DNA of 64,000 nt from Pirellulales bacterium (lineage in GTDB: Bacteria > Planctomycetota > Planctomycetia > Pirellulales > PALSA-1355): assembly GCA_963733035.1 (NCBI GenBank), contig CAVTBU010000005.1:448001-512000 (forward strand), written 5' to 3'. Positions 10,547-19,486 of this stretch are shown here, piece by piece (the first letter of the stretch is position 1; every line of letters starts with the position of its first letter). A program made the translations under genes and the position numbers. The notes under the pieces are model-generated. The model worked only from the letters and a program-made list of their open reading frames with translations, made no database searches and was not told the DNA's origin.

Positions 10547-11284
10547 CTACGTCTCGTCCTTCGCTGGCGAGCGCTGCTGCTCGAACAGCCATTTCCAGAC
10601 GTCGGGATTGTCGTAGGTCTCGGTCCACGAGTCGTGCAATGCGTCAGGATAGACAGTGAACTGCACGTTTCCCTTGAAGCGCTTGAGTGCTTCGACCATG
10701 GACTCGGATCGTTCGAGTGGCACGACCGGGTCCTTGGCGCCGTGAAACACCCAAACAGGCGTTTTCGCCAGGGCCATCGCCGCTAGCCGTTCGCCGCCGC
10801 CACAAATCGGAATCACAGCCGCAAAACGGTCCGGAGTGTAAGCAGCCAGGGCCCAACTACCAAAACCGCCCATGCTCAAGCCGGTCAAGTAAACACGGCT
10901 CTTATCGACCTTGTACTTCGATTCGATATCGTCGATCAAAGCTGTGAGTTCGAGTAACTGGTTCTGCCACCAGCCTCCCCGCTTGCACTGCGGACTGACG
11001 ATGATCGCTGGGAAATCCTTGCCTTCGTCGATCAATTTCGGTGGACCATGTTTCTTGACGAGTTCCAAGTCGTCCCCCCGCTCGCCCGCTCCGTGTAGAA
11101 AGACGACCAGTGGCCACGACTCCTGCTGGTCGTAGTCCTTCGGAAGGTAGAGCAAATAGTTGAGTTTGACCGGAACCTTTGTTTCGAGCGTCTGGGCTGA
11201 TTGCCGAGTCGAATCAGCCCGCGCCACGGCGAGCAACAGGATGGAGCAGAACAGAGTGCCGAGCAGCGGAATTGATTTACGCAT
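10547..11284 (-). CDS. Secreted phospholipase/carboxylesterase-type alpha/beta hydrolase
   Basis: FLHGAGERG, GLSMGG, HGAKDPVV, HDSW; signal peptide. Confidence 0.9.
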   Translation of the reverse strand: MRKSIPLLGTLFCSILLLAVARADSTRQSAQTLETKVPVKLNYLLYLPKDYDQQESWPLVVFLHGAGERGDDLELVKKHGPPKLIDEGKDFPAIIVSPQCKRGGWWQNQLLELTALIDDIESKYKVDKSRVYLTGLSMGGFGSWALAAYTPDRFAAVIPICGGGERLAAMALAKTPVWVFHGAKDPVVPLERSESMVEALKRFKGNVQFTVYPDALHDSWTETYDNPDVWKWLFEQQRSPAKDET

Positions 11285-11643
11285 GGTTGCGCCTCGCTTA
11301 GAATATCGCCGAAGTCCTAGGAACGGTTTGGATCATAGCACCCTCGGTTCCTGGTTTCGACAGGCCACTGGCGGGAAAAGCTGCCGTTGTCGCGGGGGGG
11401 CCGGTTAAAGTTTCGGTGAAACCATGGGCGCACTTCTGCACACCGCCTGGCGGCTAGCGATAGTCGCTGAGGAACCCGGGTACGCCGGTCTAGACGGCCT
11501 CGACGGGGACAGACTGACACGGCCTCGGTGCGAGTAGCAAAAAGCTCGATAAACTAGAGACGCCGCTCTCCCGCACGGCGTTCGTCGTTCGCGTAAGTTC
11601 ATCCCTAAAAACTGACTCCACACTTCTACAGCGAGGCAATACC

Positions 11644-12249
11644 GTGACCGAAGAGATGAGGCAACCCGACCAAGCTGCACGCCGACCCAAAAAGCCTCGC
11701 ATTGCGCCGTTGACGTTGGAGAACGCCACACCGGACCAGCAGGCAGTTCTGTCGGGACTGGTCCGTTCGGGTCGCATCTACAACGTGTTCGCTACAATGG
11801 CGAACCACCCAGAGCTGGCCCGCGACTGGCTCGTGTTTGCCACGCATGTACTTTCTGAGAACTCGCTGCCGCCACGCGACCGCGAGATCCTCATCCTGCG
11901 GATTGGCTGGCTGTGTCGGGCCGAATACGAATGGGCGCAACACGTGCGACTCGGCAAGCGGACGGGGCTCACGGACAAGGACATGGAGCACATTCGGCTC
12001 GGTCCTGAAACGGAGGGAATCAGTCAGCACGATCGACTGCTGCTCCGCGCCACCGACGAGCTGCACGAAGACGCTTGCGTCAGCGAGTCTACGTGGCAGG
12101 CACTCCGGAAAACGTACGACCAGAATCAAATGATGGACCTGGTATTCACGGTCGGTCAATACAATTTGGTCTCGATGGCACTCAATAGTTTCGGGGTGCA
12201 ACTCGACGAGGGACTCGAGGGTTTTCCGAAATCCGCTGCTGGCGATTGA
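11644..12249 (+). CDS. Carboxymuconolactone decarboxylase/AhpD-like family protein
   Basis: REILILRIGWLCRAEYEWAQH motif, TDELH, VGQYNLVS. Confidence 0.9.
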   Translation: MTEEMRQPDQAARRPKKPRIAPLTLENATPDQQAVLSGLVRSGRIYNVFATMANHPELARDWLVFATHVLSENSLPPRDREILILRIGWLCRAEYEWAQHVRLGKRTGLTDKDMEHIRLGPETEGISQHDRLLLRATDELHEDACVSESTWQALRKTYDQNQMMDLVFTVGQYNLVSMALNSFGVQLDEGLEGFPKSAAGD

Positions 12250-12321
12250 TCCGGCCGCATTCGCCCTCCATACTGTGCGCAAAGCAACCTCATCGATCCG
12301 CAATCATAAGGACTGAACCAG

Positions 12322-13836
12322 ATGCCGCGTTCGCACCTGCCGATTACAGTTCGCGCCGTCGTTGGAGCAATCGCTCTGGTTGGAATCCTGACTGCCGCCG
12401 TGCAGGCTGCGGACGCAATGCGACCGCCAAACGTTGTGTTTCTATTGGCCGATGATCTGGGTTACGGAGATCTTGGTTCGTTCGGACAAACCAAGATTCA
12501 CACGCCGAATTTGGACCGTCTCGCGGCCGAGGGAATGCGGCTTACACAGCACTATAGCGGCAATGCGGTCTGCGCTCCCTCGCGGTGCGTGTTGATGACG
12601 GGCTTGCACCCGGGACATGCGTTCATTCGCGACAACGAGAGCGTTCCGCCCGAGGGGCAAATGCCGATGCCGGCCAGCACGGTCACTCTAGCCAAGCTGC
12701 TTAAGACGCAGGGATATGCCACAGGCGGCTTCGGCAAATGGGGGTTAGGACCGCCGGGCGGATATTCGACACCGGCACGTCAAGGCTTCGATCGGTTCTT
12801 CGGCTACCTTTGCCAGGCGAAAGCCCACAATTACTATCCCAAGTATCTCTGGAGTGACGATACGCGATTCGATCTAAGGAATGCCGATTTCTCCGCGCAT
12901 CAGGCCTTGCCGCCAGGGGCGGACCCCAATGACCCGGCAAGCTACAAACCATTCAGCGGGCCGGATTACGCGCCAGACCTGATCGGAGCGCAGGCCCTCG
13001 AATTCGTCCGCCAGCATAGAAACGAGCCGTTCTTCTTGTACGTTCCGACGACGGTGCCACACTTGGCGCTGCAAGTGCCGGAAGACTCGCTGGCCGAGTA
13101 CCGCGGTAAGTTCGATGACAAACCCTACGTGGGAGACCGACGGTACCTGCCGCACCGCGAACCGCGCGCGGCCTACGCCGCCATGGTCACGCGGATGGAC
13201 CGCGACATGGACCGGATCATCGATCTCATTCATGACCTTGGCCTGGACGATGACACGATCATCATTTTCAGCTCCGACAACGGACCGCTTTACGACGAAC
13301 TAGGTGGCACCGATAGTGAATTCTTCGATTCAGCCGGACCACTTCGTGGTCGCAAGGGTTCGCTGTATGAGGGCGGCATTCGCGTGCCGTGCATCGTGAA
13401 ATGGAAAGGACACGTTCCCGCCGGTGTGACGTCGGATCGGGTAAGCGGCTTTGAGGACTGGCTGCCGACAATCCTGGCGTTAATCGGCGCGAAGGATGGC
13501 ACTCCCGCCGGGTTGGACGGCATCAACATGGCCCCCACGCTGCTAGGTGAGTCACAACCGGCGCGGCCGTTTCTGTACCGCGAATTCCCCGAGTATGGCG
13601 GGCAGCAGTCGCTACGGACGGGTGACTGGAAGGCCGTGCGACAAAACCTAAGGCCCCGTGGCAAGCAGTCCAAACCGGACCTGACAGTCCACCTTTACAA
13701 TCTGGCGGATGACATCGGCGAATCGAAGGATGTCGCCGCCGAATATCCGGACATTGTACAGAAAATGGCTGAAATCATGCGGCAGCAGCACGTACCGTCG
13801 GCTGAATTTCCCCTACCAGCGCTCGACAATTTGTAA
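12322..13836 (+). CDS. Arylsulfatase, secreted
   Basis: PNVVFLLADDLGYGD, CAPSR, GKWGLG, SDNGP, KGSLYEGGIRVP. Confidence 0.95.
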   Translation: MPRSHLPITVRAVVGAIALVGILTAAVQAADAMRPPNVVFLLADDLGYGDLGSFGQTKIHTPNLDRLAAEGMRLTQHYSGNAVCAPSRCVLMTGLHPGHAFIRDNESVPPEGQMPMPASTVTLAKLLKTQGYATGGFGKWGLGPPGGYSTPARQGFDRFFGYLCQAKAHNYYPKYLWSDDTRFDLRNADFSAHQALPPGADPNDPASYKPFSGPDYAPDLIGAQALEFVRQHRNEPFFLYVPTTVPHLALQVPEDSLAEYRGKFDDKPYVGDRRYLPHREPRAAYAAMVTRMDRDMDRIIDLIHDLGLDDDTIIIFSSDNGPLYDELGGTDSEFFDSAGPLRGRKGSLYEGGIRVPCIVKWKGHVPAGVTSDRVSGFEDWLPTILALIGAKDGTPAGLDGINMAPTLLGESQPARPFLYREFPEYGGQQSLRTGDWKAVRQNLRPRGKQSKPDLTVHLYNLADDIGESKDVAAEYPDIVQKMAEIMRQQHVPSAEFPLPALDNL

Positions 13837-13943
13837 ATTGCGGAAGGCAAACTCCGCACTTCAAGTGAACCATCGCCTGATGGGGGGAGTAAACTAAAAG
13901 GTAGAGAATACTCGCCGCCCCCCTCCCTCGAGGCTCTTCCGCG

Positions 13944-16900
13944 ATGCATTCGGCACTGCTGGCTGCCTTTGTCCTGGGCAACCTGCCTGTTTATCTTTAC
14001 CCGCAAACGGCCCTTCCCGATGCGGCCTGGCCGACGCACGCGACGATCACGACACCGCAGGGCTGGGTCCAAGCCGATCAGCATTTGATGCTGTTGGAAA
14101 ACGGCAAGCCCATGCGGGCTCAATTCGAAGTGGCGGCCCGTTGGCCAGATGGCTCACCCAAGTGGATCCATGCTCACGGCACGTTCAACTACGCCGCAGG
14201 CCAACCGGCCAACTATGAATTCGTACGTGCCGACCAACCGCCGAACATTCCTGATTCGCCGCTTACAGTGCGTGACGACGCCGACGGAATCCACATCGAT
14301 ACAGGCACGACGCGGTTGCTAATTCCGCGACCCTTCGTCGGGATCTCCCTGCTTGAACAGGGAGGAAAGCCTATCCTGCGCGGCGAAGGAGGACCCTACG
14401 TCATCGACGGCGACGGCACGGTGTGGCATGCCAAACACGACCGCGATGCTGAAATCGTGGTCGAACAACAAGGCGCGGCGATGGTCATCATCAAAGCGAC
14501 CGGCTGGTATCAGACACCCGAACCACGCGACGACGCGTTCTGCCGTTTCACGACACGCATCATCGCCTATGCGGGTTCATCGATCGTCAAGATCGACCAC
14601 GCCACGACCTTTTCCGACGACATGAAGCAGCACACAGTCGCCGAGTTGGCGTTCAAGTTCGTGCCCGCAGGGGCCACGGAGTTTTCCTCTTCGACGCACC
14701 GAGGGCGGTTTCACGCCAAACTGCGGGCCGCGTATCTCGCGCAGCTCACCGATGATCGGCTCTATCGTATCGCTCAGGTAGGCCCCGACGCCGATCGCGA
14801 TATTCGCCATCAGGGTGATTATGAACGTTGTGCCGGCTGGTTCAGCACCGCGGTGAGCGATCACCAGTTGACGCTGTTGACCAAGGACTTCTGGCAGAAA
14901 TGCCCCAAGGAAGTCAAGTTGTCTCCCGACGAACTGGTTTACTACGCCTGGCCTAAACACGGGGACCTGGCGCCGCCTGACCCCACCGCCACGCGTCTGA
15001 ACAGTGTCTACAAATTCAAGTGTTTCCATACCGGAAAGCTGCTCGACTCGAACTTGCCCGATGAGTATTTCCAAGTGCTCGAGCGGCAGAAGGACACGAC
15101 CGAATGCAAGCCGGAGTTCGCCCGCGCCGGCAATATGCAGGGCGTGTCGATGCACAATTCGTTTGCCCTGGCGATCACGCCGACGGGTTCATCGGCGGAC
15201 GAGACACGCGATTATCTCGACAAGCTCCAGCTGCTCTATTTGCAAAGTCCGATTGCTCGGGTCAGTCCGCAAACCATTGCCGCCAGCGGCGTGTTTGGCC
15301 CCACGCTGGGTGCCACGAGCCAATTCGCCGAGATGGAGCACGTGGTGGTCCGTGGATTGCTGGGAACCGTCCGGTCGATTCCTCGCTACGGCGACTACGG
15401 GTGGGCGATCTACGGAAATCTACACCACTTTGAGATCATGGACTACAAGGTCGACGGCGTGCGTGTCGGTCGGCCTTCACTGCATCGAGTCTGGAACAAC
15501 AACCACTACCAGCAGTGCACGACGCTGTGGCAGGTGTGGGGGCTCAACGGCGATCCTCGTCTTTTGGAAATCGCGCGATTGTGCACTGACAACTACGCGA
15601 GCATTGGCCAGGTTCGATACGACAAGCAGTGGTACCAGACTGATCCCGACGATCCCCAGCGGCGGCCAGGCATCAAGTACCACTTTCCGGGAGCCCTCTA
15701 CCATTGTAAGGCCTTGGTTCCCTGGGGAAGTCGCGGCTACGGCATGGACGCGGGCGACGTTGACGCCTCCCTGGCAGCCCATTTTCCAGACCCTTCGGCC
15801 TTGCTCTTCGCCTGGCTGTTGGACGCCGATCGCTGGTGCAAAGACGGCTACGACCTCTGGCGGGAGAATGTCCGTTTTCCCACCAGCGGCACGCGGCGCG
15901 AAATCAACCACACGTTCGTCCAAGCCCTAAACCTTTACGAGTACGCGCCCGACGAAAAAACCCTGGCCGCAATCAAGGGCATGCTCTTTGGTAGCGGAAA
16001 GAACTTCGGTCTGATCGGCTTGCCGCTCGAACAACAACATCCGGGGCCTCTCTGGAATTCCACCTGGGTTTCGCGTGCATACGAAATGTTTCCGGACCAT
16101 CAACAGTTGCGCGATTTTATCGTTCGCTCGGCCGACAAACTGCAGATGAACAATGAAAGCATCTGGACCCTGGCCCTCAGTGCCACGGCCTGGCAAATCA
16201 CCGGAGATACGAAACACCTGCTTCGGCACGCCGGCACGCTCGATCGCGTCCGCCGCACGCTGCTCCAGGACAAAACCGGTCGGTGGCAAGACTACGGACT
16301 CGCCCCAGGGCCCATCGGCGATGGATACTTCGCTTTACAATGGCACCGCTTTGCCAGGGCACTACGCGATTCGGGTCTGGGAATTCCCAAGTCACCACCG
16401 GAGCCGGGTCAGTACTTGTGTTCAATCACTCGATTCGACAACGCGGAAGATATCGCGGCCCGCGGCACGCGCGTGCTCATCCTGGTGCCCAGGTCCGAGT
16501 CCGAACAAACGTCGCACAAGTTGACCGTGGACGCTTCCCGCCTGATCGCCGGCGACCTGGCCGCTACCAGTCTGGCGCTTTACGGCCCCGACCACCGGCG
16601 CCTGTGGGACGAACCGCGAATGGCCATGACCAAGGGAGGCGGCCGACGCATCGAACGCCCGTCGTCCTGGCTTGTCACCCGCGAACAATACGACGGCCCA
16701 AAATCGCCAGGCCTGCATACGCTGTCCTATGGTTCGCACGGCATCGGCATCTATCAGGGTCTGGCCGGCGGCCTGCCGGAATGCCAGGTACTTAACAATG
16801 TCAAGATTGACAGCTGGACGGAGCCGGTGACCTACTGCTGCAGCCTGTCGCGCGGTTGGCTTGTGCCGCTCTCCGACTTTCCAACGACCTTGCGGTTCAC

Positions 16901-17198
16901 CGCCTACGGAACGCACCACGGCTCTTGTGTTTCGGTCACGCCCCAAGATGGAACCAAGACAGAGCACTGGCTGGTCTCGGGGGAGACCGCCGAGATTTCG
17001 CTTGCACCCGGCACAGGGCCGTGGTACCTGGATATCTTTGGAGACGGAAGCTCCGCGACCAAGATCGAGGTACATGCGCAGACGGAAATGCCGCTTCTCT
17101 ATGGAAGCAATCTTGAGCACATCAAACTGATCCAGACCTCGATTCTCGATCAGGGCACTCAGGCAACGAATTCCACGGATGTCGACCGACCCGATTGA
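13944..17198 (+). CDS. Large hypothetical protein with a PcRGLX/YetA-like N-terminus (exo-rhamnogalacturonan lyase-like)
   Basis: 1084 aa ORF; ARWPDGSPKW motif, beta-sandwich region, then YGWAIYGN..WNNNHY helical-barrel-like region. Confidence 0.55.
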   Translation: MHSALLAAFVLGNLPVYLYPQTALPDAAWPTHATITTPQGWVQADQHLMLLENGKPMRAQFEVAARWPDGSPKWIHAHGTFNYAAGQPANYEFVRADQPPNIPDSPLTVRDDADGIHIDTGTTRLLIPRPFVGISLLEQGGKPILRGEGGPYVIDGDGTVWHAKHDRDAEIVVEQQGAAMVIIKATGWYQTPEPRDDAFCRFTTRIIAYAGSSIVKIDHATTFSDDMKQHTVAELAFKFVPAGATEFSSSTHRGRFHAKLRAAYLAQLTDDRLYRIAQVGPDADRDIRHQGDYERCAGWFSTAVSDHQLTLLTKDFWQKCPKEVKLSPDELVYYAWPKHGDLAPPDPTATRLNSVYKFKCFHTGKLLDSNLPDEYFQVLERQKDTTECKPEFARAGNMQGVSMHNSFALAITPTGSSADETRDYLDKLQLLYLQSPIARVSPQTIAASGVFGPTLGATSQFAEMEHVVVRGLLGTVRSIPRYGDYGWAIYGNLHHFEIMDYKVDGVRVGRPSLHRVWNNNHYQQCTTLWQVWGLNGDPRLLEIARLCTDNYASIGQVRYDKQWYQTDPDDPQRRPGIKYHFPGALYHCKALVPWGSRGYGMDAGDVDASLAAHFPDPSALLFAWLLDADRWCKDGYDLWRENVRFPTSGTRREINHTFVQALNLYEYAPDEKTLAAIKGMLFGSGKNFGLIGLPLEQQHPGPLWNSTWVSRAYEMFPDHQQLRDFIVRSADKLQMNNESIWTLALSATAWQITGDTKHLLRHAGTLDRVRRTLLQDKTGRWQDYGLAPGPIGDGYFALQWHRFARALRDSGLGIPKSPPEPGQYLCSITRFDNAEDIAARGTRVLILVPRSESEQTSHKLTVDASRLIAGDLAATSLALYGPDHRRLWDEPRMAMTKGGGRRIERPSSWLVTREQYDGPKSPGLHTLSYGSHGIGIYQGLAGGLPECQVLNNVKIDSWTEPVTYCCSLSRGWLVPLSDFPTTLRFTAYGTHHGSCVSVTPQDGTKTEHWLVSGETAEISLAPGTGPWYLDIFGDGSSATKIEVHAQTEMPLLYGSNLEHIKLIQTSILDQGTQATNSTDVDRPD

Positions 17199-18354
17199 GC
17201 ATGAGTTCGATGCTTCGCTCACTGACCAGGAGCGAGCGACCGTCGATCGCGCTCGCCAGTTCGCCCGATTAGTGGTCGCGCCGCAGGCGGCAATTTGGGA
17301 GCGCGAACGCCGAATGCCGCTGGAGACCTTGCGGGCGGCGTGCGCGGCGGGGTTGGCGTCGATTGAGCTACCCAAGGCTTTCGGGGGCGATCAGCTACGG
17401 TTCTCGACCAAACTACGCGTTGCCGAGGAACTGGCGAAGCACGATTTCGGCTTTGCCTTTTCGCTGGTCAATCACCACAATGCCCTGGTGCGCGTCGCTC
17501 GGACGGCAACGTCACACCGCGAGCGGCTATTGCCGAGAATGCTGAGCGGAGAGTTGGTCGGCTGCGCGGCCTATACCGAACCAGATCACGGCAGCGATCT
17601 GGGGCATCTGACCACTACCGCGGCGCCAACGCCCCAAGGCTGGCGGCTGGTGGGTGCCAAAAGTTGGATCACCAATGCCGACGTGGCCGATGTGTTGCTA
17701 ACGCTTGTCCAAACCGATCCTGCGGCTGGTGCCCAGGGCCTTGCGCTCGTGCTGGTTGAGTCCGATCGCGACGGCTTCACGCGCGAGCCCGCTTTGGAGC
17801 TGCAAGGCACACATGCGATCGGCGTTGGCGGTTTCAGGCTTCAAGATTACCTGGCGCCACACGAGGCCGTAATCGACCCGCCTGGAGAGGCGTTTCGAAA
17901 TTCGCTGGCCCGAATCAACGGGGCTCGCTGCTACGTGGCGGCAATGTGCGCTGGAATGCTCGATGCGGCGCTCGACGTGGCAGTCCGCTACGCGGCCAGG
18001 CGTCAGGCTTTCGGAAAAGCCGTGATTGAGTTTCAGGGTTTGCGTTGGTCGCTCGTCGATGCGGCCAACGATTTGGCCGCCCTGCGGCTTCTCTGCTACC
18101 GAGCGGCGCACCTGATCGACAATGGCCACGACGCGGAAGAAGCCTCGGCAGCAGCCAAGAAGTTCGCCGGTGACAAGACGGTGGCCCATCTGTCTGCTTG
18201 CATTCAAGCGTTGGGAGCCAACGGACTGCAAACCAACTATCCTCTCATGCGTCATTTGGTGGCAGCCAAGACTGCCTGCTTTACCGATGGCACCACGGAG
18301 ATGATGAATGAGCGATTAGGGAAGGCGCTAGTCCGTCGACGCACCTCTTCCTAG
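17179..18354 (+). CDS. Acyl-CoA dehydrogenase family protein
   Basis: AYTEPDHGSD, GAKSWITN, RQAFGK..FQG, QALGANG, DGTTEMM. Confidence 0.92.
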   Translation: MSTDPIEHEFDASLTDQERATVDRARQFARLVVAPQAAIWERERRMPLETLRAACAAGLASIELPKAFGGDQLRFSTKLRVAEELAKHDFGFAFSLVNHHNALVRVARTATSHRERLLPRMLSGELVGCAAYTEPDHGSDLGHLTTTAAPTPQGWRLVGAKSWITNADVADVLLTLVQTDPAAGAQGLALVLVESDRDGFTREPALELQGTHAIGVGGFRLQDYLAPHEAVIDPPGEAFRNSLARINGARCYVAAMCAGMLDAALDVAVRYAARRQAFGKAVIEFQGLRWSLVDAANDLAALRLLCYRAAHLIDNGHDAEEASAAAKKFAGDKTVAHLSACIQALGANGLQTNYPLMRHLVAAKTACFTDGTTEMMNERLGKALVRRRTSS

Positions 18355-18568
18355 AATTCCCAGTGCGGCGCAAGCTTTCCCGGCAACTTTTCGTATCGCG
18401 GGGATTAGGCGGCTTATGGTTCCTAGGCAAGCCACCTTTCCAGCGTTTTTCCGGGACTCCATTTGCCCGCATTGGGTTCGTACGCAATACTTGTTCGCTC
18501 TTTGTACGAACCTGTCTGGTCTGCCCTGTTCAGGGCGGCCGTGTCAATTGTCGCCAAGGACATTTGAG

Positions 18569-19471
18569 ATGCCTCGTCTCCTCAGCACCGTCAAACGGAC
18601 GGTGGTGGTCGTTCTCATCGGCACGAGTTTGCTGGTCGCGTGCTATCCCGCACAAGCACAGGTAGCCACCGTTAACCAGCGGCCCACTTCGAGCGTCTCG
18701 AACTACCGGCCAGATACTCTTGAACCGCCCGCGGCCGACCACCCACTGTCACCGGTGATTGCCTACGCACGACGCGAGCAAAAGTTTCTCGGCCAGACCG
18801 TGCGAGATTTTAGCTGTCGCTTGGTTAAGCGGGAACGGATTAGCGGCTTCTTGCAGGACATGCACTTCATCGACATGGAAGTGCGCGAAGGAACTTATCA
18901 AGACGGTCGCGTCATTCAGCCACTGTCGATCTACCTGCATTTCCTCGCGCCCAAGTCGGTCGTCGACCGGAACGTGATCTTCGTCGAAGGGCAAAATGAC
19001 GGGAAAATGCTCGTTCGCAACGGAGGCAAGCATTTCGAATACGTGCTGGCAAAAATCGATCCCGCAAGCGAAGCAGCTCGCGAGGAAACGCTGGTTCCGG
19101 TTACTGAAATCGGCTTCAACCGGCTGCTGGGCCACATGATTCACGTGCTCGAGCGACACCAACAGGTCGATCCGCTCGGAAACAACACACAGGCCGAACG
19201 CATCGCGGGCGCCAAGATCAATAACCGCCCCTGCACGGTCATCCGGATCATGCATCCGCAGCCGATGCGGGGCCTCGACTTTCACATCGCCAACGTATTT
19301 GTCGACGACGCCTTGCATGCACCGGTGCGAGTGGACTACTCGGGCTGGCCCAAGAACGAAAGCAGTTCCGCTCCACTGATTGCCGAATACACTTACACCA
19401 ACCTGAAGCTCAATGTTGGCCTGACCGACGCGACTTTCAATCCGGCCCGGCTGCGCCGCGCAGGCGACTGA
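18569..19471 (+). CDS. DUF1571-like secreted protein
   Basis: Signal peptide; VKRERISG, PLSIYLHF, FVEGQNDGK, EYTYTNLKLNVGLTDATFNP. Confidence 0.8.
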   Translation: MPRLLSTVKRTVVVVLIGTSLLVACYPAQAQVATVNQRPTSSVSNYRPDTLEPPAADHPLSPVIAYARREQKFLGQTVRDFSCRLVKRERISGFLQDMHFIDMEVREGTYQDGRVIQPLSIYLHFLAPKSVVDRNVIFVEGQNDGKMLVRNGGKHFEYVLAKIDPASEAAREETLVPVTEIGFNRLLGHMIHVLERHQQVDPLGNNTQAERIAGAKINNRPCTVIRIMHPQPMRGLDFHIANVFVDDALHAPVRVDYSGWPKNESSSAPLIAEYTYTNLKLNVGLTDATFNPARLRRAGD

Positions 19472-19486
19472 TCCGACGTCCTGGGG

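Noticed and set aside
13878..13890. GATGGGGGGAG as a possible attL copy of the tRNA-Ser 3' end
   Set aside because: The match is too short and imperfect in GC-rich DNA.
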